Shown one piece after another: positions 43,305 to 52,888 of a stretch of 64,000 nt of DNA (within the stretch, counting starts at the first letter, position 1; the number at the start of each line of letters is the position of its first letter). The stretch spans positions 5,345 through 69,344 of the forward strand of contig CAIPHS010000003.1 of NCBI GenBank assembly GCA_903864915.1, read 5' to 3'. The notes below the pieces were generated by a model. That model was not told the DNA's origin. It saw only the letters and a list, made by a program, of their open reading frames with translations, and searched no databases. Origin of the DNA: an uncultured Candidatus Woesearchaeota archaeon. Its GTDB lineage: Archaea > Nanobdellota > Nanobdellia > UBA10117. Both the position numbers and the translations under genes were made by a program.

Positions 43305-44093
43305 ATGGCTAAATATAAGAATCCTTGGACTAGGCCTGATTTAATAGATGAGGCTCAGAGAAGATTAAAACTCTTTATCAAGAAAATTAAAACACTTGTT
43401 AAAGAAAGTGATTTTGATTTAATTCTGGCCCCAGGTAATTCCGGGGTGTTCATGGCAAAAATAACTTCTATGACCTACAATTATATTGGCAAGAGCTCAC
43501 CATTAATTATCAAAATTCCACTTTACTTAAAAGACAGAATGGGTAGAAGAATAAAGTTTGATAATTCAGTTCTTATTCCAGATGTCAAAAGGCAAATTGA
43601 AAGGGTCAAGAAGATAAGGAAAATTCTGATTGTTGATGACGACCTTACAGAAAAAAATCCTGCAACTGTAAGGGCTAGTATTGAGTTGCTTACAGCAGCT
43701 GGTAAAATTAAAATGCCAGACTTGACTGTTTTTGTAATTGCTGAAGGTCAAACAGGAAGTCTAAAACTTGCAAAAAGCTTTGGTAAAATATGCTATTTGC
43801 CTTTTGCTAAGGCGTCCAAAGAATGGATGGGTGTTTGTAATTTCGTTTCGTATAGTATACCTTGGGAAATTCAAAGTAAAATAAGAGGGTTTTATTCAGA
43901 TAGTGTTCTGAATTCTGGAGAAATTTTCTGTCTTTTGCTTGGCGAGCCGATAAGGAGTAAAGGTAAATTAAGAAGAGGTAAACCTTACTTTTCGTACATG
44001 TGGAATAACACTGTGAAAAATAAAATCAGAGATTTTGGTGAACTGCAAAAAGAATTTAAAAGTTATATTATGAATTTAATTAAGGATGCTTAG
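43305..44093 (+). CDS. hypothetical protein with phosphoribosyltransferase-like motif (262 aa)
   Basis: ILIVDDDLTEKNPATV resembles a PRPP-binding loop. The gene is visibly more AT-rich than its neighbours. Confidence 0.4.
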   Translation: MAKYKNPWTRPDLIDEAQRRLKLFIKKIKTLVKESDFDLILAPGNSGVFMAKITSMTYNYIGKSSPLIIKIPLYLKDRMGRRIKFDNSVLIPDVKRQIERVKKIRKILIVDDDLTEKNPATVRASIELLTAAGKIKMPDLTVFVIAEGQTGSLKLAKSFGKICYLPFAKASKEWMGVCNFVSYSIPWEIQSKIRGFYSDSVLNSGEIFCLLLGEPIRSKGKLRRGKPYFSYMWNNTVKNKIRDFGELQKEFKSYIMNLIKDA

Positions 44094-44100
44094 AATGGGT

Positions 44101-44469
44101 ATGAAGGCAAAAGGATCGGCTGCTGAACGCGAAATTGTTACGATGCTGTGGGGTGCAAACTTCGCGGCAATCAGAGCTGCAGGCTCCGGCGTTAGCAAAT
44201 TCTACTGCCCGGATGTTCTAGCATCAAACGGAATCAAAGCTGTAGCTGTGGAGTGTAAGTCAACTAAATTCAAGTATCAGTACTTTGATGTTGAACAGGT
44301 AAGACAGTTGCTGGAATTTGCAAGGATTTTCAAGGCAGAGCCCTGGCTGGCTGTGAAATTTTCAACAGACTGGAAATTCTTCAAGCCAGAAGACCTGAAG
44401 CAGACAAACAAGGCATTTGTCATAACAAACGAACATCCAAGCAAGACATTCTCGGATATGTGCCGTTAA
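44101..44469 (+). CDS. hjc: Holliday junction resolvase Hjc
   Basis: MKAKGSAAEREIVTMLWGANFAAIRAAGSG...DVLASNG..AVAVECKSTK shows the Hjc catalytic E/D/EcK pattern. Start moved from the track value 44086 to 44101. Confidence 0.8.
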   Translation: MKAKGSAAEREIVTMLWGANFAAIRAAGSGVSKFYCPDVLASNGIKAVAVECKSTKFKYQYFDVEQVRQLLEFARIFKAEPWLAVKFSTDWKFFKPEDLKQTNKAFVITNEHPSKTFSDMCR

Positions 44470-44792
44470 TTGTGTTTGAAACTGTGCTCGTATTTTAGGG
44501 CGTGTTTTCTTTTCAATTCCTTGAGATCACGCCTGAAAGTTGATTTGTAATATATGAGAAAGCCAAACAATACTATGCCAACTTTAAGCGGCAAAAGAAC
44601 TGTTAGCAACAATCCCAGCGAAGCTCCTTTCAGCGTGGTGTATGCATCGTACATCAGCCAAGCGAGAACACCCATAGTTGCTATGGAGAAAGCTATGGAT
44701 ATGTTCTGTATTACCCCGGCTATCGGCGGGTAACTGTGCAGTGAGATTGGTCTGGCTATGTGATGGTGCAGTGTGAAATCCTTGAAGGCCAT
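44466..44792 (-). CDS. small membrane protein (108 aa)
   Basis: ORF track. Two or three hydrophobic helices. Confidence 0.5.
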   Translation of the reverse strand: MAFKDFTLHHHIARPISLHSYPPIAGVIQNISIAFSIATMGVLAWLMYDAYTTLKGASLGLLLTVLLPLKVGIVLFGFLIYYKSTFRRDLKELKRKHALKYEHSFKHN

Positions 44793-44803
44793 GACTATGA
44801 AAC

Positions 44804-46009
44804 TTAATCGAACAATAAAAGCTTTTGCAGCACATTGAACAAACGATTACTGCTGAACTTTCCTAAACTTCCTTTTGCTGCAAACGTCTCACCAAAGCGC
44901 ATGCAATCGCCAAGCTCGCCAGGCACGTAGAGCAATACTGGAATTAAATCAGATGAATGTGCCCTAAGTTCACAAGGTGTGGAATGGTCGCCAGTGATGC
45001 ATAATGCTATGTCTTTGAAAGCTGGCGAATGTATCAAGCTTGCCAAAAATTCCCTGTCAAACTTCTCAATAACTGCTTTTTTGCCTTCATAATCGCCCTT
45101 GTGCGAAAGTATATCAGTATCTTTTATGTGGATGTAAATCGCGCCTGATTTTTTCAAAAGCTTCAATGCCTGCTTTGCCAGATTGCCAAAACCTTTGGCT
45201 TTCTTTTCAAGTTTCATACCCATTAGCTTGGCTAAAGCCTTCTCTGCAGGCATGTCGACAAGTGCAGTCCATCGCCCTTCCAATTTCCCGAGTTTTGGCA
45301 GCTCAGAGCCTGCTCCCCTTGTTAAGATGGTGTTTACCTTGTGTTTGAAAGCAGATTTAATCAGCAAAATTCTTGCTTTCTCCAGGAATTTATTCACGAT
45401 TTCCGCAGTAAATGCAGATTCTTTGGAATTATCGAGCGGCTTGCATTTTCCAGCAGCAGTATTATTCCTGACTGGCAGGGCTTCAGATACGAAATCCTTG
45501 TATATTTTGTAGGATGGGTGTGTGTTTGAAATCCTTGGCGACAGGTTTTTCCCGCGCAATATCAAAACAGCCCGGTAACCAACAGTATGCTTGAAAATTA
45601 TTCTGACACCGTCTATGGAATGTATTTTCTTGCTAATAATCTTTCCAAGTTCTTTGCCTTCCTCGTTTGTTATATCCGCTTCGACATCCTCAATAAGATT
45701 GTTTCTATCAAGGGCAAAATTACATCTAATTGCAACATCATTTTTTCTTAAGTTGATACCTGCGCCTTGGGCTTCCAATGGACCCCTGCCTTTGTAGCAT
45801 TCAAATGGGTTATAGCCGAAGAGAGCGATAGTTGCTGCATCTGATTCCGGTGCAATTTCTCTTCCAACAGTCCAGATAAGGCCGAGTTTTGATTTTGCAG
45901 CAAGCTCGTCAAAGTGGTTCTTCTTTGCAGCTTCCAAAGGAGTCCTTTTGCCAAGAGCCTTTATCGGCCGATCCCCAATTCCATCCAGAATGACATAAAT
46001 TAATTTCAT
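44804..46009 (-). CDS. apgM: cofactor-independent phosphoglycerate mutase, archaeal type
   Basis: MKLIYVILDGIGDRP...TPLEAAKKNHFDELA and ITGDHSTP are motifs of archaeal ApgM (alkaline phosphatase superfamily). Confidence 0.8.
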   Translation of the reverse strand: MKLIYVILDGIGDRPIKALGKRTPLEAAKKNHFDELAAKSKLGLIWTVGREIAPESDAATIALFGYNPFECYKGRGPLEAQGAGINLRKNDVAIRCNFALDRNNLIEDVEADITNEEGKELGKIISKKIHSIDGVRIIFKHTVGYRAVLILRGKNLSPRISNTHPSYKIYKDFVSEALPVRNNTAAGKCKPLDNSKESAFTAEIVNKFLEKARILLIKSAFKHKVNTILTRGAGSELPKLGKLEGRWTALVDMPAEKALAKLMGMKLEKKAKGFGNLAKQALKLLKKSGAIYIHIKDTDILSHKGDYEGKKAVIEKFDREFLASLIHSPAFKDIALCITGDHSTPCELRAHSSDLIPVLLYVPGELGDCMRFGETFAAKGSLGKFSSNRLFNVLQKLLLFD

Positions 46010-47493
46010 GTTTTTATCCTGAAAGGATTGTTTGTTTCTGCAAACGCCAGGCCTTCAGACAGTTTTCTGCCAGACTCTGCGTAAATCGTGAAAAGTTTCT
46101 CCCCTTCTTTTACCTTGTCCCCAACCTTATTCCACAGGTAAATGCCTGCTCCTTTGTTGTACGGCGCGCCCAGATGCCTGCCTATTTTCTTTATGCTGTC
46201 ATCATCAATGCCTTGTATGGTGCCGCTCTTTTCCGCATAAATCGTTTCATCATATTTGCCAGGATGCAGGTCTATTGAATTTAGCTCAGGGTCCCCACCC
46301 TGCGCCTTTATTATTTCCTTGAATTTTGTCAAAGCCTTGCCAGATTTCAGAATTTCAGTGGCCATCTTTAACCCAGAACCCTGCTTGGCTTTTTTCCCAA
46401 TTTCAAGCAGGAGGCCTGCGAAGTAAAGCGAGCGTGCCCGCAAATCTGCAGGAGCATCTTTTGAATTCTCAAGCACCTGAAGAACATCTCTCGCTTCAAG
46501 GATGGGGCCTACGCCTTTTCCAACAGGCTGCGAACCATCAGTCTTTACAACTTCAACATTTATGCCAAGCCTGCCACCAAGAGCAACAAATTTTTTCTCT
46601 AATTCATTAGCCCTGGCCTTCGTAGCTTTTGTCCCGGGGCCAAACGGTATTTCCAATAGCAAGTCTGTTGCGCCAACAGCATATTTTTTTGCAAGTATTG
46701 ACGCCAGAAGCATTGCAGTCGGGTCCAGTTGCAACGGGTGTTCAATTTCAATTATTAAGTCATCAGCAGGCGCAATATTTAGCGAGCCACCCCATACTAT
46801 GCAGCCATGATGCTGCAGGACAATTTCCTTTATGTCATCCAGGCCCAAAGAAACTGGTGCCAAGACCTCCATGGTGTCTGCAGTCCCGGCAGGGTCTGTA
46901 ATCGCCCTGGAAGCAGTTTTGGGTATGTAAAGGCCGGCAGATGCAATTATTGGTATGACAATCATGGTTGTCCTGTTGTTCGGGACACCACCTATGCTAT
47001 GCAAGTCTACCACAGGCTTCACGCCAAGCTTTAGCATCTGGCCAGTCTCAGCCATAGCTCTCGTAAGATGCTCAGTCTCGTCAAGTTCCATACCTCTTAT
47101 GTAAACCGCAGTTACGAAAGATGCAATCTCTGCTTTTGTCAGCCTGTTGTCAACTATGTCAGTTACCAGCTCGAAAAGCTCGTCCTCGCTTAATTTAATG
47201 CCGTCGAGCTTTTTCTTTATACTAGTAATCGTAACCGGCTGCTCTTCGGGGATTATTGTTATGGGCTGGCCAGTCTCTACATCCAGCAAAGCCTTAACCT
47301 CATCAAAAATGCCAATTTCGGTCTCATCAACAGCTGATGAAACATCTGTGATGGCGACCGCGTATTTCTTCTCAGACATGACTCTGACACGGTCAGCTGG
47401 CTCCAAGTCCAGCTCCTTCATGACTTTTGGGTTTAGTACAATTATTAGCGTCCCGCCAGACTCAATGTTTAGTAGTTTTGCTTTTAGTCTCAT
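46006..47493 (-). CDS. deoA: AMP phosphorylase / thymidine phosphorylase family
   Basis: 495 aa. The N-terminal extra domain MRLKAKLLNIESGGTLIIVLN... is typical of archaeal AMP phosphorylase. Also has HSIGGVPNNRTT and a glycosyl-transferase family 3 core. Confidence 0.8.
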   Translation of the reverse strand: MRLKAKLLNIESGGTLIIVLNPKVMKELDLEPADRVRVMSEKKYAVAITDVSSAVDETEIGIFDEVKALLDVETGQPITIIPEEQPVTITSIKKKLDGIKLSEDELFELVTDIVDNRLTKAEIASFVTAVYIRGMELDETEHLTRAMAETGQMLKLGVKPVVDLHSIGGVPNNRTTMIVIPIIASAGLYIPKTASRAITDPAGTADTMEVLAPVSLGLDDIKEIVLQHHGCIVWGGSLNIAPADDLIIEIEHPLQLDPTAMLLASILAKKYAVGATDLLLEIPFGPGTKATKARANELEKKFVALGGRLGINVEVVKTDGSQPVGKGVGPILEARDVLQVLENSKDAPADLRARSLYFAGLLLEIGKKAKQGSGLKMATEILKSGKALTKFKEIIKAQGGDPELNSIDLHPGKYDETIYAEKSGTIQGIDDDSIKKIGRHLGAPYNKGAGIYLWNKVGDKVKEGEKLFTIYAESGRKLSEGLAFAETNNPFRIKT

Positions 47494-47497
47494 AGTG

Positions 47498-48484
47498 TTA
47501 CTTCTCTTTTTTGTCGTTGTTTCCGAACTCTAAGCCAGCACCATGAAGAATTGAAATTATTACGACGAGTGCAGCAGGCCCGACTATTATTCCTGCAGGT
47601 CCTATAACCAACATGCCGCCAAGCATGCCAACCAGCATTACTAAAGGATGAATAGCAGACCATTTGCCTGCATAGTAAGGCCTGACTACATAGTCAAGGA
47701 AACTGCCTATGGCCAAGCCATAAACAGCTATGCCTAATGCGATATTTGTATCTCCTCGTAAAAATAAGATTGCAGCAAGCGGTACATATAGAGCGTAAGG
47801 GCCTATGACTGGCAGGATTGACAGGACTGCAGCAGCAACACCTGCAAGCAGCGCACCTGGCAGCCCAAACAGCATGAAACCTATCACGGCAACGAGACCT
47901 TGCAGGATGCCAATCATGAACCACACTGTTATGAACGAGTTTGCATACCTTTTCAAATCCCTGAACATGTGCTCTTTTCTTTCAGGCGGCAGTGGAAATA
48001 TTTTTTCCAGCCACTTGTATAATTTCTCGCCGTCCCGCAGGAAGAAGAAAACAGAAATTGTGAATATGAATAATGAAAGGAGAACTCTCGGTATTTCTGA
48101 AACAAATGATGTCAGGCTTGTTATGCTTTTTTGAATAACTAAACGTGTGAGGTTTTGAAGTGCATTTGCCAGCTCCGGTGATTGCGGTATTAACGCTTCG
48201 AATTTTACATTACTAAGCAACAAGTATATCTTGCCGAATTCATTCAGCAATACATTGACTCCCAGAATTACAAACGCAACAATGATGCTAAGCACAGTAA
48301 GTGTTAGCAGCCATGCAGCCGGCGCTTCAGGTATTCTTTTACTGAGCCACTTGTATGGCTTTGAAAGCATGAAGGCTACGACTGCTGCAAAAGCCAGCGC
48401 AGTGAAAAAAGGCCATATCAGTACAAGTGCAAAGGCTATGGCTGCGATAATTAGAATTACATTAGTCCAACCCTTGACGGCCAT
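47498..48484 (-). CDS. AI-2E/PerM (UPF0118) family transporter-like membrane protein
   Basis: 328 aa, about 8 TM helices, with the family-like layout including FFFLRDGEKL and GLPGALLAGV segments. Confidence 0.65.
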   Translation of the reverse strand: MAVKGWTNVILIIAAIAFALVLIWPFFTALAFAAVVAFMLSKPYKWLSKRIPEAPAAWLLTLTVLSIIVAFVILGVNVLLNEFGKIYLLLSNVKFEALIPQSPELANALQNLTRLVIQKSITSLTSFVSEIPRVLLSLFIFTISVFFFLRDGEKLYKWLEKIFPLPPERKEHMFRDLKRYANSFITVWFMIGILQGLVAVIGFMLFGLPGALLAGVAAAVLSILPVIGPYALYVPLAAILFLRGDTNIALGIAVYGLAIGSFLDYVVRPYYAGKWSAIHPLVMLVGMLGGMLVIGPAGIIVGPAALVVIISILHGAGLEFGNNDKKEK

Positions 48485-48530
48485 CCTCAGCTAATTAACA
48501 AATCCAGCTATTAAAAACCTTTACTCTACA

Positions 48531-49187
48531 CTACAGTTCGTTTTCAAAGTATTCGGGCAGCATTGCCACTGACTGCAAAATTATGGTTGGCTTCTCTTTT
48601 TGCAAAATTTCTGCAGAATGAACGCCAGTCAGCACCGCTATTGTCTGCACGTCGCCATTATTTCCTGTCTCGATATCATAAGTGGTATCGCCGACAATCC
48701 ATTCGACTTTGCCATTAGCTTTTTCTTCTACAGCATCGATTATGTCTGGGTCCGGCTTCTTGTGTATATCACTCGAATCCAAAATCTTGAAGAATAATTT
48801 CTTGTCAAGCTTTGCAGCCCGCATCATCATAGTTATTTCATCCATAGTTGAGTGCGTATATATGACCAGCTTGAATTTTTTGCTTAACTTCTTGACAGCT
48901 TCAGCAACCCCTGGCAGCGGCTTGGTCAGTTTCCAGGTTCGTTCAACCAGGAATTTCCTCTTGTCTTCAACAACCTGGTGCAGCTTTCTTTCGGAAAGCT
49001 GCGGAAATAAAATCCTGACAATCTCTTCAGCAGGCGGGCCAAACTCCGAGATTATTTTTTCAGGCCTTTGCTGGGTAAGGTTGTTCTTCTCAAAAGCCAG
49101 GTTAAATGAAACCGCATGCGCCTCAGTCGAGTCAATCAAAGTCCCATCAAGGTCAAAACAAATTATTCTATTTCGTTCGTTTGACAT
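48531..49187 (-). CDS. HAD-superfamily hydrolase (phosphatase)
   Basis: IICFDLDGTLIDS (motif I), a YTHS region (motif II) and VGDTTYDIETG (motif IV). Confidence 0.8.
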   Translation of the reverse strand: MSNERNRIICFDLDGTLIDSTEAHAVSFNLAFEKNNLTQQRPEKIISEFGPPAEEIVRILFPQLSERKLHQVVEDKRKFLVERTWKLTKPLPGVAEAVKKLSKKFKLVIYTHSTMDEITMMMRAAKLDKKLFFKILDSSDIHKKPDPDIIDAVEEKANGKVEWIVGDTTYDIETGNNGDVQTIAVLTGVHSAEILQKEKPTIILQSVAMLPEYFENEL

Positions 49188-49668
49188 GCGTCAAAAACCT
49201 CCGCGTTTTTGAGGCCCGTAAATTTCTCCTTAATATGCGATGTTTGTTTTTCCTGCCGGTTGCTATTGCGTAAATTGTCTCAAATAAGATAGCAATTATT
49301 AGTATTATGCTGAGCACGAAAAAAATTGTGCTGTGAATCCACCAGGAATAAATTGTGAGCAAGAGGTTGCCGGTTATGTACAGAAGTGAAAAGTGCATGT
49401 GCACGGAAATCTTGTGCTGCTCGTAATTCTCCCAAGTCTCCCAAACCCATGCAATTATGAGCAAAATGGATCCAAGGATTCCAACAATGACTTCCGGTGT
49501 GGCCATACCAAGGTTTTTATGATTTTGGCATTTAAAAATGCTAGCGATGAGCATCCCCGAAAAAATCCACATGTTTGCAACAAAGGATTGTAATCTTAAG
49601 TGCGCATACTGCTTCCGGGAAAAGCACGTCTCAAGAAACGGCGGCTGACTAAACTTTGCATTAGCCAA
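49168..49668 (-). CDS. small membrane protein (start uncertain)
   Basis: ORF track. Three hydrophobic helices in the C-terminal two thirds. The ATG at 49668 overlaps the upstream stop; the internal ATG at 49506 is an alternative. Confidence 0.45.
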   Translation of the reverse strand: MANAKFSQPPFLETCFSRKQYAHLRLQSFVANMWIFSGMLIASIFKCQNHKNLGMATPEVIVGILGSILLIIAWVWETWENYEQHKISVHMHFSLLYITGNLLLTIYSWWIHSTIFFVLSIILIIAILFETIYAIATGRKNKHRILRRNLRASKTRRFLTHVKRTK

Positions 49669-50455
49669 TTTTTTGCTGAAATTCTTGCAAATATGCTGCC
49701 AGATTTGCTCTTAGCAAATGGCCAATCTGGCCGGGCGGGGTTTTTGCAAATTTTTCAAAGAAGTATTTGGCCCATCCCATGTAGTGATGGCTACCAGAGA
49801 AAATCCCATACATTTCTCCAATCATGCCTTCTCCTCGGGATTTGATGTGCAAGAAAGTGCATAAGCCTTCGTCAAACGGATTATGGGAGGTGTATATCTT
49901 GTTTTCAAATAAAATGTAGTGTATTGCTTCATGAATGTACTTTTCCGTGTCTTTTTTATCCGTGGAAAGCAAAGGCATCTCTCCCTTTACCGCAGCATTG
50001 TACGCTCTTACATACAAGTTACGAATCTCAGGTATAACCCTGCTCGAGTGAAGCTTGCGCATCCTGTTCGCTATGTCGTTTGCATAGTCTAATTGTTCCT
50101 TATTCAAAGCCACAGCTGGTGCCCTGCCCTCAACGATGTCTATTGCGGCCCTAAAAGCACGCATATCTTCAAGTTCGAAGTGCGAAACGAATGCACCTAA
50201 TTTTTGGTTGGTAACAATCTTTTTCCAGAGGAGGTCTTTTGCAGCATCATATCTTTCCTCTTCAATAAGTTTTACTAACTTTTTTTCATTTTTTATTAAT
50301 GGTTTAACATCTGGAGATTGTTTTTGCGGACAGAGCAGCATGGAATAAAGCCTTATGTCTTCCATGCTAAATTCTAATGTGAATTTTATCTGAACGGGTA
50401 CTAATCCAAATTCTGCACAAAAACCATTTGCAAATTGCTGCAGTATGTCTTGCAT
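49661..50455 (-). CDS. hypothetical protein with HExxH motif (possible zinc metallopeptidase)
   Basis: 264 aa containing KYIHEAIHYILF. No other motif recognised. Confidence 0.4.
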   Translation of the reverse strand: MQDILQQFANGFCAEFGLVPVQIKFTLEFSMEDIRLYSMLLCPQKQSPDVKPLIKNEKKLVKLIEEERYDAAKDLLWKKIVTNQKLGAFVSHFELEDMRAFRAAIDIVEGRAPAVALNKEQLDYANDIANRMRKLHSSRVIPEIRNLYVRAYNAAVKGEMPLLSTDKKDTEKYIHEAIHYILFENKIYTSHNPFDEGLCTFLHIKSRGEGMIGEMYGIFSGSHHYMGWAKYFFEKFAKTPPGQIGHLLRANLAAYLQEFQQKIG

Positions 50456-50456
50456 T

Positions 50457-51500
50457 TTAGACCTTATATCTTAGTATCGCTCCAATGCCACCCAGGCCGT
50501 CAAGCTTTTCTCCAGCTTCATACTTGCTGCTGACGATGTGAATCTCGCCCTTTGTGGCTTCTGTGGCATCAAAAATTTCATTCAGTTCCTGGTATTTTTT
50601 CTGCTCTCTGAGCTTTTCAATCAGTTTTTCAGTAACGAGCAGAATCTTTACTGCGCCTGCAGCTGCTGCCTCTTTGATTTTGTCAATCTTGTAAACTGCC
50701 AGGCCGGTTTCCTTGGCTATGCCGACCATGAGAGTTTCAACCATTTCAAATTCCATTTGCAGCGCAGAGCCTTTTACAATCCTGTCCAACGCACCTCTTT
50801 TCAAAAGCTCAACAATACCTCTCTTGCCGCCGGTTGACACGTCTTCAAGTTTTATTTTTTCAACAATATCAGAATGTTTATCCTTTATTCGCTTGAGGAC
50901 TTCATCCTTCCAGAAAAGTGGGGATGCTATGACTAGGATTTCATGAGACTTGCCCATGTTTGCGAGCTCCGCAATAAGTTTGCCTAATTTTTCCTCAACT
51001 TTCTCTGCAAACATCTTTTTTGCAAGCCCTAATTGTAGTTGTGCAAGGTATTTTATCCCGGTTGGTGTGAACTCCGCAAGGTTTGCCATCTCGTCATCGA
51101 GGACACAGACCGCAACAGTGGGCATTTTTGTTGCAGCTTCGGCATCTTTCAATCGTTTTACCTGGAAAGGCTTCCATGCCTTGTAGATTTTGATAGTATC
51201 ACCAGGCCGGACATCAAGAGTGTGGTGAGACCCTAATGCCAATTCATCAGGCCCTTCTGTAATCAGGCCTGTTACTCGGACTGCAGAAGGCTCAAACACT
51301 ATCTTTTCAGCCCTTATGTTGACAAAATAAATCTCTCTTTTTGCCCGTGCCTTCTCATCTTCCTTGCTAATCTTGACCTTCCTTACAATTGCTCCAGCAA
51401 CAGTATCTTCAGGCTCTATTAATCTGGAAAGGTGCCACAGGTCGTCAAGGGTATCTACCTTGATTTTTGCTTCATCCTTGCTTAGGAACAGGATTTTCAT
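50457..51500 (-). CDS. pelA: Pelota (mRNA surveillance / ribosome rescue factor)
   Basis: MKILFLSKDEAKIKVDTLDDLWHLSRLIEPEDTVAG is the typical Pelota N-terminus. The C-terminal eRF1-like domain contains GGIGAILRY. Start moved from the track value 51524 to 51500. Confidence 0.85.
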   Translation of the reverse strand: MKILFLSKDEAKIKVDTLDDLWHLSRLIEPEDTVAGAIVRKVKISKEDEKARAKREIYFVNIRAEKIVFEPSAVRVTGLITEGPDELALGSHHTLDVRPGDTIKIYKAWKPFQVKRLKDAEAATKMPTVAVCVLDDEMANLAEFTPTGIKYLAQLQLGLAKKMFAEKVEEKLGKLIAELANMGKSHEILVIASPLFWKDEVLKRIKDKHSDIVEKIKLEDVSTGGKRGIVELLKRGALDRIVKGSALQMEFEMVETLMVGIAKETGLAVYKIDKIKEAAAAGAVKILLVTEKLIEKLREQKKYQELNEIFDATEATKGEIHIVSSKYEAGEKLDGLGGIGAILRYKV

Positions 51501-51625
51501 GGGTAAGCTCTCAGAGCAATTCATATTCAGTGCCGCTATTTTAAAGCTATGTTTGCTTTATCACAAACAGGATGAAGGCGGGCATAACAGAATCTTTTTA
51601 TAGCAACTTCCGCTCTAATTAGGAT

Positions 51626-52888
51626 ATGGCCAAGACAGAAATGAGCGGGCAGATAGGCCCATTTATAATTTTGCTGGCGATACTAGGCGGTATTGTTTTC
51701 TACGTTATATCTGTGAGCCCTGCAGAACGCGAACGAATGATAGGGCCAATCACTTATGAAAGATATGCGCTAAATGTCGAGCCGGGGCTTGTAACTGGCA
51801 TGCCAGCATCTCCATTAAAGATGAGCCACGAGCTGGGCGTCGTCGATCTTGATTTCAGCCCAATATCAAACCCCAAATCTTTGTCGCAGCAACTAATAGT
51901 TAGTCGTTCCATACTTATCGACAAGCCAGCAATATTTTCCATATCTATCGCGAAGACAGAGTTATCTTCTGCCAGCCTTGATTTCACAGTTCTGAACAGG
52001 CATGGCACTTCAGAAATAATCGTAATGCTGAATGATACGGTGATATTTACAGGCCTGCTTGATGCGGGCACACAGTCAATAGACTTGCCTTCAGACCAGC
52101 TGCGAGACGGAGCAAACCAGCTCGTAATTTCAGTTGGTTCGCCAGGAGCCGCATTCTGGCGCACAACAGATTATACTTTGGGCGACATAAGTTTCGTGGC
52201 CAAGAATTACAACCCGGCAAAAGCGACCATGCAACAAGTACTTACATTAAACCAGCAGGAAGTCTTGGGATTAGTGTCGGCAAGTTTTGACGGTTACGTA
52301 AAGCAGTTGGGCAGCAAGCCATCAACATTGTCGCTAAGTTTGAATGGCAAACCAATATACGCAGCAGCTCTTTCAAATACAAGCATAACATTGGATTTAC
52401 CACCATCTTTGATGCAGACAACCAATAATCTGGGCTGGTCTGTTGACAGGGGCGGCAAATACGAGATTGTTTTTGGCAGGGTTACAACAAGTTATGTCAA
52501 GAATTCCTTTTCAGTCAAGAGCTATTCTTTCGTGTTAACGAGTTCCGAAATGCAGAGCATCAAAGGCGGCCAGCTGAATTGCGTAATGGATGTGTTGTCA
52601 AGCTCCACGACTTCTGCAGCACAACCGCAGCAACCATCAAATTTCATAGTGGACTTGCATATTGGCGAGGATATCTTAGGATCCGCGCAACAGGCAAACA
52701 CGACAGGCCCTACACAAGTGCTTACATTCCAGCTAAACTCACAGAAGATAGATGTGCAGATGACAAATGGCGTTGCACAGCAGGATGTCTGCAAATACCT
52801 GATGACTGGCGACAATTATCTGGCAGTTTATTCTCCTTCAGACATTCAGTTGGGGCAAGTGAGTGTCTTGATTAAGGGTAAAACATAA
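51626..52888 (+). CDS. N-anchored extracellular protein (420 aa)
   Basis: MAKTEMSGQIGPFIILLAILGGIVFYVISV followed by a Ser/Thr/Gln-rich beta-type sequence. First gene of a co-directional cluster. Confidence 0.55.
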   Translation: MAKTEMSGQIGPFIILLAILGGIVFYVISVSPAERERMIGPITYERYALNVEPGLVTGMPASPLKMSHELGVVDLDFSPISNPKSLSQQLIVSRSILIDKPAIFSISIAKTELSSASLDFTVLNRHGTSEIIVMLNDTVIFTGLLDAGTQSIDLPSDQLRDGANQLVISVGSPGAAFWRTTDYTLGDISFVAKNYNPAKATMQQVLTLNQQEVLGLVSASFDGYVKQLGSKPSTLSLSLNGKPIYAAALSNTSITLDLPPSLMQTTNNLGWSVDRGGKYEIVFGRVTTSYVKNSFSVKSYSFVLTSSEMQSIKGGQLNCVMDVLSSSTTSAAQPQQPSNFIVDLHIGEDILGSAQQANTTGPTQVLTFQLNSQKIDVQMTNGVAQQDVCKYLMTGDNYLAVYSPSDIQLGQVSVLIKGKT

